DNA of 64,000 bases, taken from the NCBI GenBank assembly GCA_020137815.1, contig CM035361.1, forward strand, positions 1,550,001-1,614,000, written 5' to 3'. The DNA comes from Hormiphora californensis (taxonomy: Eukaryota > Animalia > Ctenophora). Under the pieces are notes generated by a model. It worked only from the letters and a program-made list of their open reading frames with translations. It was not told where the DNA came from and did no database searches. The translations under genes were made by a program, and so were the position numbers. Shown in pieces: positions 12,076-47,493 of this stretch (the first letter of the stretch is position 1; every line of letters starts with the position of its first letter).

Positions 12076-12350
12076 GATTTTGAGCCAAACATCTTTTTGC
12101 CACCAAATCCTTTTGGAAACAAATAGACGACACAATATATTCACTTCTAACCGATTAGTTGGGGAATAGCAATTCACAAAATTTACAATATATACTTGAA
12201 CAGTGCATATGTATGTGTAATGAGGGTGCGAGAGATGTAGATAATACAATACATCACCCTCATTATCTCTCTCACTGCACACTCATTCTCTCACTTAACA
12301 TCACCCAAAACTACAATAATATTGCTTTCAAAAAACACGAGCCTACTTAA

Positions 12351-13739
12351 GGGTACGCTAACCAAAAATTTTTTTCGAGTGCAGGGAAATCTCTCACCGT
12401 AGGGTTGTAGGCCATGCCAAGGAGACCTCAAATATGCAATTTGAGCTCTCAAGTCGAATTCATATTTTTGCTACAGCTGTTTAAAAAATGTCCTGTAAAT
12501 ACGTTTTTGGCATCTCAAAAAAATTTTTTTAAAGATAGGAGCATGAAAATTTGGGGATTTGAAGAGGACATAAAGGTCAATAACCACAAAAAATTTTTTT
12601 GCAATCCGAGCTGATTTCCGGTCCTGAGATGGATTTCTTTTTTTCCACTTTAACGCCCTATTTGGCAAAGTTCCGAAAACATGTGAAAGCTGTAAATTGG
12701 TGAAAAGTTGCGTCTAACGATTATCTAAGTGGCCATAAATTTTGGGCGTGTCCTTATTTGAGATAAGCTGTACAGAGTTTTTTTTGTAAAAGCCGTCATT
12801 TCAGAAATAAATAAATTCCCTGTATCTCAAAAACGGCTGATCGTAGAGACCTGAGACTATGCTTAAAAGATTCAGAAGGTCCGATTTTGGGGGGGTCTTC
12901 TGAGAGACATTTTGCTCCTACTTCAACCGTTTTTGCTGTAATTGCGAAAAACAAAAACCCATCTTCGCCATCGTGGATTTTTTGTGATTTTGTTTTTGGT
13001 GATTATAGGGACCCATATGGACCAAATAGTGAAGGAATTAGCTTGTTACACACTTTTCCATAGTTTCGGTCCTTTCTTAGCTAAAATTCCCTAATTACAG
13101 GATATTGGAGTTTAGCTTTTGCCCTTCTCATAGAATCTGTTTTTCGCAATTACAGCAAAAACGGTTGAAGTAGGAGCAAAATGTCTCTCAGAAGACCCCC
13201 CCAAAATCGGACCTTCTGAATCGTTTAAGCATAGTCTCAGGTCTCTACGATCAGCCGTTTTTGAGATACAGGGAATTTATTTATTTCTGAAATGACGGCT
13301 TTTACAAAAAAAAACTCTGTACAGTTTATCTCAAATAAGGACACGCCCAAAATTTATGGCCACTTAGATAATCGTTAGACGCAACTTTTCACCAATTTAC
13401 AGCTTTCACATGTTTTCGGAACTTTGCCAAATAGGGCGTTAAAGTGGAAAAAAAGAAATCCATCTCAGGACCGGAAATCAGCTCGGATTGCAAAAAAAAT
13501 TTTTGTGGTTATTTACCTTTATGTCCTCTTCAAATCCCCAAATTTTCATGCTCCTATCTTTAAAAAAAATTTTGAGATGCCAAAAACGTATTTACAGGAC
13601 ATTTTTTAAACAGCTGTAGCAAAAATATGAATTCGACTTGAGAGCTCAAATTGCATATTTGAGGTCTCCTTGGCATGGCCTACAACCCTACGGTGAGAGA
13701 TTTCCCTGCACTCGAAAAAAAATTTTGGTTAGCGTACCC
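12351..13739. mobile_element. 1.39-kb foldback non-autonomous DNA transposon; TTAA target duplication and GG termini (Kolobok-like)
   Basis: TTAA|GGGTACGCTAACC...GGTTAGCGTACCC|TTAA; ~600-bp near-perfect inverted arms (12351-~12955 and ~13140-13739). Confidence 0.88.
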
Positions 13740-13801
13740 TTAATTAATAATTATAATAACTCATCATTGCGTGGTCGAATCTCCCAGATGTGTGTATGTG
13801 T

Positions 13802-13868
13802 CAGGAACCGACCGACACAAGTAAACAACCAATCAGGGACCAGTATTTCCTGATTCAGTCGGTTCCTG
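13802..13868. mobile_element. CAG-terminal MITE, internally deleted copy
   Basis: Same TIRs; 8-bp TSD GTATGTGT on both sides; deletion between the two CCAATCAG motifs. Confidence 0.85.
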
Positions 13869-14379
13869 GTATGTGTAGTGGTTATGTACTTGTGGCTAGT
13901 ACCACACTCTCCTCAGTCTTCAAACTGATATCAAATGGAAATATATAACGCACCTATATACCGGTCCAATCCAAAAGAGACACCCTGTAATTGTGTGCTG
14001 CCTGGCGACCCCGTTTTGATGCTCAGTACACTCAGATCGGGTCAGAACCGCCAGACAGATGGTGTGGGGGGTGGATGAATCGCTTGAAAGAGATATATAA
14101 CTAACAAAAGAGAACCTATAGAGAACAAAAAATATAACCTCCAACTCAGGGGGAAAATGTAGCTCAAAACAACACGAAGAGAGATCTACCGGAGCACAGA
14201 AAAATGGAAAAAACACAAAAGCTAGCCCAAATCATAGCGCTGGCAAGCGCCCGGGGCCCAATCCTCCCTCCCCCAACCATCCTTCCCTTAAAAATGTCCA
14301 TTTTCCAAGCATTCTTGCTTCCATTGAATGGAAAATCGAAATTGCGAAAAAATTTTTGAAAATTTTGACAGCGCTACTA

Positions 14380-15600
14380 TACTTATTGTCTGAAATCGGC
14401 AATTTCAACTTTGTTTTAGACAACCTTCCCGTTGTTCTACGAACTTGTCGCTTGGTAGTTCGTGTTGCCTTGACACCTAGAGCACACGTTAAAAATTTCA
14501 TGCAAATCGGAGTTACGGTTTTTACGTTACAGAGGGTCGTATTTTAGAGAAAATGTCCGTTTTTCGCGTCACGAACGACCGTTAAGTAACGACAATTTTG
14601 CGTACACAATAGAGGCCACAGTTTTAAAGCTATCACCATGAAACTTTGGGAGTCGGTAGGTCTACTGGTGTACCTTGTATTAAAGCTTGGACAGAGAAAA
14701 CGGACAGTCCTAACAAAAGTTATGACTGTCTTAAGTTTTCTTTGGCGTCTAAGACAGTCTTCCCGTCGTTCTACGAATACGCCGCTTGGTACGTAATGTT
14801 GTCTCGACATTTAAAACACACGATCAAAATTTCAAGCAAATCCGAGTTACGGTTTTTCAGTTACGTGCATCTGACTGTATTAAGATTTAAGACGATTTTC
14901 AAAAAAACCTAGAAAAGAGCAAATTAAACTATAAATCATGATTTTATCACATATATTTTGCCAATGTAGGTCAACTGCTGTATTTTCAGATATAATTGGA
15001 AGTCATATCTAGATTTATGACTGTCTTAAATTTAAGACGATTTTAAAAACGCCTAGAAAGAAGCGTTTCAGAGTCTAAATTAACAATGTATCAGATTTAT
15101 TTTATGAAATAAGGTTTACCGCCGCATTTTCAGTTATAATGGGTAGTCATATCTAGGGTTATGACTGTCTTAAATATAAGACGATTTAAAAAACCGAGAA
15201 AAGAGCGAATTAGCATCTAGAACCTGATTGTATCAGATAAATTTGATTATCAATGCTTATCCGTGATCGTTATCCGTAACTAATAATCAAAATCAGAGAA
15301 TAATCGTGGAGAACCAATCGCGGATATCAATCGCTGATAACTAATAAATAATAGTAATCGCGGGTAACTAACCACGACAACTCATCGCGAATGAGTAATA
15401 TGATAGTTACCAATCGCGGATAGCTAATCGCAAATATAGCTAATCGAATCGCGATAGCTAATCGCGATAGCTAATCGCGATAATTAATCGCGATAACTTA
15501 TAACGGATTCGTGATCAGTTATCCGCGATTGGTTGTCCGCGATTACTATAATATTCGTTATTCGCAATTGATATCCGAGATTGGATATCTGCGATTGAAA
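14380..15600. repeat. Unclassified repeat remnant with internal direct repeats
   Basis: Recurrent TTATGACTGTCTTAAATTTAAGACGATTT (~14720, 14870, 15017, 15160), CAAATC.GAGTTACGGTTTTT twice, and an ATCGCGATAGCTA-type array at ~15300-15600. Confidence 0.45.
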
Positions 15601-15664
15601 AAGTCCGTGAATCCCCAATCCACGTTTATTAAACTCAGCTAAGTAGTATAACAAAATGCCTGAT

Positions 15665-16101
15665 ACTAGATCCAAAAACCAAACAAGTTTGGTGGATAGC
15701 CGGGGCCGCAGAAATTTAAAAACGTGCGAAAGTTTTAATACATGAACTTTCGGGGCCTGGGGTGCTGTTAAATTCGCGTTTCCATGATAATCAGCCGTTC
15801 TTTCAAAACACACTATTATTCTGTAAAACAGACTCTGAAACGACCCACTGTGTGCCGTATATTATACGTGATATGTGTGGAGCTGTATGTATGATAATGT
15901 GGAATCAAAAATAATGATAAATTACAATCATTGCGATAGTTTTCCTGGCGTATAGTTTGAAAATGTTGCTGGTTATAATCATGGAAACGCGAATTTAACA
16001 GCACCCCAGGCCCCGAAAGTTCATGTATTAAAACTTTCGCACGTTTTTAAATTTCTGCGGCCCCGGCTATCCACCAAACTTGTTTGGTTTTTGGATCTAG
16101 T
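15665..16101. mobile_element. ~437-bp MITE with ~125-bp near-perfect TIRs
   Basis: ACTAGATCCAAAAACCAAACAAG...CGCGTTTCCATGAT mirrored by ATCATGGAAACGCG...CTTGTTTGGTTTTTGGATCTAGT. Confidence 0.85.
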
Positions 16102-16138
16102 CTTACATAACAGTAAAGTAGATCTAGATGTACAGAGT

Positions 16139-16242
16139 GGGTCCGTGTTTTGGGACCCCCAGTACGGATTGGTCCGGGTTTTAGGACCACCCAGTACGGA
16201 TTGGCCCGGGTTTTTAGGACCACCCAGTACGGATTGGTCCGG
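16139..16242. repeat. Minisatellite, ~31-bp unit, about 3 copies
   Basis: GGTCCGGGTTTTAGGACCACCCAGTACGGATT repeated. Confidence 0.8.
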
Positions 16243-16419
16243 TAGAGAGAGAAGCTGAAAGAAGTTTAAATTCTACCCACGCCAAAATATATATCAACTT
16301 CATCAGTTCTACATGTAACCCTACACACACAAAACACAACTAAACTATAAGGGGCGTTGTCACTCTCTCTCTCTTCCTCTCGTGGATCTAAAACATGGTG
16401 TGAGTCAATATATATAATA

Positions 16420-19199
16420 CACGGTGCACCAGAAGGATCGTCAACCCAAAGTTGAGCCCACAAAACAAACTTTTGTTGGGGGTGACCCAGGAGGCCTTAC
16501 TGAACATCCCCACGGTGAGAAAAGTATATGTTATCGGGGGAAATTTTTGTCAAAATCGAAAAAACTGGTTTTTAGTCCAAATTTGTGCATAACTTACTTG
16601 ACTGCCGTTTGATGAAATATCTGATTGACATAAAATAAGTATACAAGACCTATTTTTGCACGAGGAATCTATTGCCGGTAGAGAGAAATCTCTAAAATGA
16701 CCGGAAAATTGTCAAATATGGGAATTTTGTCATTTTTTTGAGGTTTTTGGCCCTTTAACCATTGAAAACGTTGAGATAGGAAGTTGGCAATAGCGCCAAT
16801 CGTTAAAATGGTCATTTTTCTACGGGATCCCAAAATTTCATGTATATCCGATTCATGGTTAGATTTTGGCAAACTATTGAGATGTGCTTACTGAAAAAAG
16901 GATAACTTTATTTTCTCGTTTTTTGCGATTTTTTAACTTTTGAAAGAATTCTGATTGAAATGGCCAATCAGGGTTGTTTATGGGACAATTTTCGACCAAA
17001 ATCCAAGATTTCATGCAAATCCAATGACAGATCATTGATTTATAGAAAGTTGAAATAGGCAAAAAAGGCCAATTTTTACCATGAAAACAAAAATACACAT
17101 TTTTTTCTTGTCAATTTCCATCAACAACTGGTACCCTACCTATTTTTGCACGTAGAATCGATTGCCGGTGGAGTGGATCCTCTTAAATGATTGGAAAAGC
17201 GGTCAAAATGCCATTTTTTGGAGGTCCAAAAACTTCCAAAAAATGACATTTCGACCGCTTTCCAATCATTTAAGAGGATCCACTCCACCGGCAATCGATT
17301 CTACGTGCAAAAAATAGGTAGGGTACCAGTTGTTGATGGAAATTGACAAGAAAAAATGTGTATTTTTGTTTTCATGGTAAAAATTGGCCTTTTTTTGCCT
17401 ATTTCAACTTTCTATAAATCAACACATTTTTTTCTTGTCAATTTCCATCAACAACTGGTACCCTACCTATTTTTGCACGTAGAATCGATTGCCGGTGGAG
17501 TGGATCCTCTTAAATGATTGGAAAAGCGGTCAAAATGCCATTTTTTGGAGGTCCAAAAACTTCCAAAAAATGACATTTCGACCGCTTTCCAATCATTTAA
17601 GAGGATCCACTCCACCGGCAATCGATTCTACGTGCAAAAAATAGGTAGGGTACCAGTTGTTGATGGAAATTGACAAGAAAAAATGTGTATTTTTGTTTTC
17701 ATGGTAAAAATTGGCCTTTTTTTGCCTATTTCAACTTTCTATAAATCAATGATCTGTCATTGGATTTGCATGAAATCTTGGATTTTGGTCGAAAATTGTC
17801 CCATAAACAACTTTAGCATGGCCCTGATTGGCCATTTCAATCAGAATTCTTTCAAAAGTTAAAAAATCGCAAAAAACGAGAAAATCAAGTTATCCTTTTT
17901 TCAGTAAGCACATCTCAGTAGTTTGCCAAAATCTAACCATGAATCGGATAAACATGAAATTTTGGGATCCCGTAGAAAAATGACCATTTTAACGATTGGC
18001 GCTATTGCCAACTTCCTATCTCAACGTTTTCAATTAGTTAGGAACACTATTGGTGCGCGGTCGTGCCCACGGAAGGAGTGCTTGGATCATCTTGAAACCG
18101 GTTTTAAGTTAACTAATGCATATCCAAAAGTGTCTGTAGCTATTTGGGTGATGTTCTGACAATCCAATCACGAGTTATGACGAAAAAACAGTCAAAAAAG
18201 ACGTTTTAAAGTGACAAAAAGGAGGACCTGAACACAGCCCTTATATGAAGGGTTAGGGCTATGAAACTTCTTGAGTGGACAGAGAATCGTCCAAATTTGC
18301 AGTGCCAACTTTGGAATAGTTTCTATCTTTTGTAGTTATCTAATTACAGTTGTTTAAACATGTGAGAAGATGCTGCAGGGGCCTCTAATACTGTGTATTT
18401 TTGCTTGTGAAGTGATCACTTGACGAGATTTACCCAATTAGAGAGCGGATTAAAGCATACAAGCGGTGAGAGCAAGCAATATGGGACGGAAACAGTACCA
18501 AATTACCCTGTTTTGCAGATCGTCTCACATGTTTGAATGGCTATAATTAGATAACTACAAAAGATAGAAACTATTCCAAAGTTGGCACTGCAAATTTGGA
18601 CGATTCTCTGTCCACTCAAGAAGTTTCGTAGCCCTAACCCTTCATATAAGGGCTGTGTTCAGGTCCTCCTTTTTGTCACTTTAAAACGTCTTTTTTGACT
18701 GTTTTTTCGTCATAACTCGTGATTGGATTGTCAGAACATCACCCAAATAGCTACAGACACTTTTGGATATGCATTAGTTAACTTAAAACCGGTTTCAAGA
18801 TGATCCAAGCACTCCTTCCGTGGGCACGACCGCGCACCAATAGTGTTCCTAACTAAATGGTTAAAGGGCCAAAAACCTCAAAAAAATGACAAAATTCCCA
18901 TATTTGACAATTTTCCGGTCATTTTAGAAATTTCTCTCCACCGGCAATCGATTCCTCGTGCAAAAATAGGTCTTGTATACTTATTTTATGTCAATCAGAT
19001 ATTTCATCAAACGGCAGTCAAGTAAGTTATGCACAAATTTGGACCAAAAACCAGTTTTTTCGATTTTGACAAAAATTTCCCCCGATAACATATACTTTTC
19101 TCACCGTGGGGATGTTCAGGAAGGCCTCCTGGGTCACCCCCAACAAAAGTTTGTTTTGTGGGCTCAACTTTGGGTTGACGATCCTTCTGGTGCACCGTG
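16420..19199. mobile_element. Large foldback element with CAC...GTG termini and 4-bp TSD AATA (Chapaev/CMC-like); carries a nested insertion and a duplicated apex
   Basis: AATA|CACGGTGCACCAGAAGGATCG...CGATCCTTCTGGTGCACCGTG|AATA; the arms are inverted copies over their whole length. Confidence 0.85.
18035..18855. mobile_element. Nested foldback element with TAGTTAGG termini and 3-bp TSD AAT (Academ-like)
   Basis: Interrupts the host right arm: ...TTTTC AAT|TAGTTAGGAACAC...GTGTTCCTAACTA|AAT GGTTAAAGG; the host left arm shows the empty site. Confidence 0.9.
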
Positions 19200-19404
19200 A
19201 ATAGTGATATAATGGCGATCTACAAAAATACATAATTTAACAACTGCCAATTAAAATATGTGTTGTCCTGAAAATGAGCTAAAATTAATTATTTTACACA
19301 CAAAACGGGTGATATTTTTTAAGAAAACTTGTCCACACTTTCTTGGTCACGGGGGAAAACTTGTTCGGCCCTGTCTATCACCTCTTTTAAAGGAGGGTTA
19401 GAAC

Positions 19405-19500
19405 CAGGAACCGACTGAATCAGGAATTACTGGTCCCTGACTGGCTGATAACCAGTCACGTGACCTAAATAACGAGTTCTGATTGGTCGGTCGGTTCCTG
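19405..19500. mobile_element. CAG-terminal MITE, reverse-orientation copy
   Basis: Reverse complement of the 10448 element; flanks GGGTTAGAAC/GACTTAGAAC. Confidence 0.85.
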
Positions 19501-19875
19501 GACTTAGAACATAACAAGGGTAAAACACCTCACACAGGTGTGTGGTACTCATATTGTTCACGATATATCTGAACTTCTTCTCACAAACCACTCACACCAC
19601 ATTCAAAGAAACAAACAAAAAACAGGCATCTTCAGTCCCTTTAATACTTTATACCACGCGGAGAAAAGATTCAGAAAGAGAGCAACCGAGAGAGAGAGAA
19701 AAAGAGATAGAGATTATGAGAGAGATTAGTTGTTTTTGAAACGCTGTATAATACCCTGCGAAGACCAAGTAGAGAGAGAGAGAGAGAGAAGAGAGAGAAT
19801 AACACGCGGTGGTGGTGGGGTGCATCAAAACAGTTCAAGTCGAGATATATTGCTGGAGAGAGAGGGGAGGACCGC

Positions 19876-42616
<22,741 letters not shown>

Positions 42617-42879
42617 AAATGATGTTCAAGCGTGGTGTGACTAGGGGAATCTCACTTTTCTCTACAGATGCGTCATAGTTTCCTACAAATAGGGGACTTC
42701 TTTAGCAACTTAGATCTTCTTTGAGAACGCCAATAATTTCAAAAATTGTGTTTCCATACGTTTACAAGGTCAAAAAACTGTTAAATTTGATGAAAATACC
42801 CAATTATAGCTGGATTTGTTGGACTAATGAATGAAAGCAGGAACTGTGGGCTAAGCTGAGACGTTAGGGCTGAGTGCAG

Positions 42880-43240
42880 GGGTGATTTCTGAGCGGCAAA
42901 AGCAATTTAGAAGACGTTCACCAACTTTTTTCTTCAAGACTTTTTAAATTTTCAGCTGCGCTGTTGGCAAACGTTGCTGGCAGCGCGGGATAAGGCAGCG
43001 CTTTTCAAGCTGCGCTGCGACTTTTTTATTTTCGTTGCGGCTTGCGCTTGGCAACACGTTGCGGCGCGCGGAACATCTACGCGCACATAATTTTGGCACT
43101 TAAAAAATCAAAGTTATGCGCCTGCCGTGTGCTTGCTTCAGCGAGCATCAATATTCGTCGATCTGTCAGAGCATTGGTTTGACCGAGCGAAGACCGCCGT
43201 CAGAGCATCGACCTAGTTACCGATCGGGCTCCACACAGTA
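42880..43240 (-). promoter_or_regulatory. CpG-enriched putative calcineurin promoter region
   Basis: CG/GCGC-dense patch 300-600 bp upstream of ATG 42616 and downstream of the SCAI stop; positional inference. Confidence 0.3.
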
Positions 43241-44042
43241 CATTGCCTTGAAGTTGAAGACTTTGAAAGACATTATATAACACAGTTTTAAAGAAACAAC
43301 ATTTGCATTAAACATTTAACAAAGAACATTGAATGACGATATTTATATCACTGAAACTAAACCTATTTAGTTACTAGCTGTAGAGTGTAGGCCGTAGGGT
43401 TATTATCAATAATGAAACAAAACATGGTCTCTGGCTAACCCGTTATTAAAAGTTAACTTTAAGTATTTACTTGTTATTTACATTTTACAATTACAATTAC
43501 ATTTACAGTGATTAAACAGTTGCAATTGAACACACCCACTGGGCGACTCAGTCCCACTCCCACGCCCATTCCCACATGTGGCCACACCACCATCAAAACA
43601 ATTAACTTCTCTTAATCTACAGGACTTTATTTATATCATTATCTGTACTACCAATTAGAGCCATAGCAACCACTTGCTGCACTGGCAATGATTTAATCAG
43701 TTATCTCATTTGGAAAGGGGGTCACGCCTAATCTTGAATATAGCCACAGACTAGAGCAACAGGATTGTATCTCAGATAAACTTTATAAAACGTGTACCTT
43801 CTGTCTCACTCAAGATTTACTGAACCACAATCACATCAGTGATGTCATCACTGGCGCCGCCAGACCCCATTTTGATGTCAGTTCGTTCAGATCGTGTCGG
43901 CGCCGCCAGACAGTCACTGTGCATGATTTGTTATTGTCACTTTCTGTATTGTTACAGTCCTAGTATCTGTTACAGAATTGGATAACATAGTTCCTCGTAC
44001 TAGCTCGAGTCAGCTGGTTACCATGGTTACCATAGAGATTCA

Positions 44043-46992
44043 TCACTCAGAGAATAGAACAAGACACTCAAGTGTGTTTGCAATGTCAACAATTCCTCGC
44101 TTCACGGAAGGCTTCATGAAGATATCTGAGGAGCTCAAAGAGGGAACACATGATGGGTAGTACTCCTCCGTCTGAGTGGGTGGGGGTGAGAATTAGGTTG
44201 GATGGGGACGGGGTTACCATGTATAATACGACTAGCTAGAGAGGGAATGTACTGCAGTGTACACAATACACATTGTCCTACATCTACCTGCACTGTATCT
44301 TACCTTGAAGGCTGTGTGCATTTGTAGCACGGCAGAAAAGAGGCAGAATCGCAGGACAATCAACCTGATAAATGGGTCATCTAGCAGCTGGATGTAGTGC
44401 GGATCTGAAAGGGAGAGAAAAGGGGGGTTAGAACACACAGGATCCCTTGTCAGCACAATATCTCAGTAGTAAAACACGAGAGCGCGCGGGGTGATCTATC
44501 CAATATGTTCCGCGCGCTACGCAAAGCAAGATGCGTCAATTGCCCTTTTGATTCTCCAGAAACGAAATCAGGTTCTCATTGATTCACGAGAAAGCGTCCA
44601 ATATCAGGCGACAGATAGTAGCTAGCATGTGACTGCATGAAGACAAGTGAAAGTTCTTAGAAATTTAGGTTTCTTGGAATTGAAGGGAACTTACGGACGC
44701 TTTTGCTGTGAGATAGAAGAGTAAGAAGTTCAGCTAGCAACCCATTGATTATCGAGAGACCTGACAACAAGTGAGTTAATGTTAATCTATGGTGCTAATC
44801 ATATCTCTTATTTGTAACAACGAAAATTTTCCCCGATTCTCGAAAGTCTCGTGGTTGCTTTATACCCGAACTGCAGGTTGAATCTCCAGTCTATTTTCCA
44901 AGGTCATGGCTCACCTTTTTTCCACTGTGTATCACTGAGTCGATCAATGTTGCAAAGGAGACAGAACGCCATCATTGGGCAATGTAGGAAGAGGCTCATT
45001 AATGAACCTAGTTTGTTTCCTGTTGATAAGTGGTTTGTTACGTTTGAGAATTCCACTCAATTGTCAAGGGTCTATTACCGCGCGGCCCAAAAAAAACTAA
45101 GGGTACATTGGCCTTCTTTTCTCCTAGAAATTTAATTTCAATCACTCTGATATTTTGTCACAATATTTGTATGGTTACTCATTCGAGGAATCCAGAGTTT
45201 CAGCCTTCTGGATGAAAATTCATTTTTTTCGCCCGAATGAACATCTAATGAACGCCAAAACGGGACCATATTTTGGTACCAAAGTTTTACAAATTTGTTT
45301 GGCTATCGATTTCCTTTCGAACGCGACCAGTTTGAGCTTAATTGGATTACCACAAGAATCACAGTGACCAGTTTACCAAGCCTAGGTTGGGTCATGTGAT
45401 CCCCATCAAATTATGACGTGTTAGCTAGAGAACTTACATTCTAACCGACGCTGTATCGTTATACCGTCCTAATTAGCAGATGTGATACGTGATACGCGAC
45501 CATTACACCTGCTTATTGGCTTGGTAATGAAATTCCCCCTCTGCGCTAGCTAATAGGGGTGACTTCGTAACCAACTTATTGGCACTTATTAATGACGCTA
45601 GCGGTTCAATAGGGGTCACTTGACCATACCTAGTGTCGGGAAAGTGGCCACTGTGTCTCTTGTGGTGGCCCAATTGAGCTAAAATTAGTCGCGTTTGAAA
45701 GGAAATCGTTACCCAAAGGCGACTGTGAAATTCCAGTTTGGAATAGTTTTCTTGTTTTCAAGTTCATTTAGGATTCATTACAGTCGTAAAAATGAATTTT
45801 TAGATAGAGCGCCGAAATTCTGGCTAACATCAATATCGATCAAGTGTAATGGCCCTACGAATTTTTAGCGCCTGAATTTACCAATTTCTTGTCAAAACGG
45901 GTTAAAATCGATGTTTGGTAAAAATGACCGTTTTTCAATCATTTATTTCACCAACTAAACTTGATTCATTTTTAATAAAAACTCGGATTGCCATTTATTG
46001 TTGTTTACTCTAATGCATGGTTGCTATTTTTAAGAATAAAACCGAATTTAACCATGCGAAAACGTGGAAAAACCCGAAAAATGAAAAAATGGGTTCATTC
46101 ATGAACTTCACACTTTTATGTTTTGAAACTCCGGATTCCTCGAATGATTAACCATACAAATATTGTGACAAAATATCAGAGTGATCGAAATTAAAATTCT
46201 GGGAGAAAAGAAGGCCGCGCGGTAGAGGGGGGTTCATAACTAAGAAAAAACTTGCTTCTAACCCCTACCCCTGTAAAGAAAAAAAACGAAATAAACATGG
46301 TACCTTTGAGTGTGTGAGGGACAAGTTTTGGTGATAGAAGGACAATAACGGGCTCTCTGAATACAGGCATTACAGTACTGAAGAAGGACCTGAGGGGAGA
46401 GTTTAGGGTAAATACAAACAAGTAGTTAGCAAGCAGTTGTGATACGTAATAGCTATACAAATGGAACCCACTCACCCATGATCAAAAAAGGTGTGATACA
46501 AAGACAGTGCAGGACACATTGTATTATTATTATGAAATGAGATCTGATCAGAACACCCTGTATGTTAAACCCACCTGTCCTCTCCCTCTACAATGAGAAG
46601 TGTAGCGTGTCGAAGGAATGGGTGGACATCTTCAGCATGGAGTAGGTCAGGACTATACCGACTAAATGGGGGGGGGGGGGGTGATTAGAGGACTATTATA
46701 CAAACTAATTGGGGGGGGGTGGTTAGAGGTCTATTTCGACTAACTGGGAATTAGAAGTGTTGGCATTGAAACTGGCATCGTTAGATAAGGAGCTAAAGAG
46801 AAGTCCAATCGGGACGTGGTGATGCAGTCGTCACTAGTTCAACCACCAATAATTCTGTCACCACTCTACCCGTCTCTTTGGATGAGACCCGTCTCTCTCG
46901 TTTTTGAAATTACACGGTTGGCGAGGAAACGTGGGGATTAGCGAAGCAATTCTCTCCCAGTCTCCTTTCATAAAACTGTCAAATTCACTCTG

Positions 46993-47062
<70 letters not shown>

Positions 47063-47405
47063 TCTCCCTGGATGTCGTTCTACTATATTGTCTGCCCACT
47101 TTACCCTCTTTCGTATATTTGCTCCCTATTTTATACGTCAGTACATGTTTTTCTGTTGAATTGCTCAGATCCTCTTTCCTTGGATCCTACCCTTTTCTTT
47201 TTCTGTATGAACCCTTTCTATTTTCAACGTGCGGGATGCGGTGAAATAGGGTCGAGCAAGGCAATCCTATGCTTGTCAGTAATACTATTTTCTTACCTGG
47301 AGTACTTGTGTTCAACTGCGTCCCGGTGCCCAAAGTGGATTCCCCCTCCACTGGTGTATGTGTCCTGGCCGCCAGTTCTATCAGTATATGATACATTGTT
47401 ACCTG

Positions 47406-47493
<88 letters not shown>

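Noticed and set aside
12414-19233. Paired identical short ORFs (MPNRALKW..., MPKSNHES..., MHQKDRQP...)
   Set aside because: Mirror-image by-products of foldback arms; no transposase motifs
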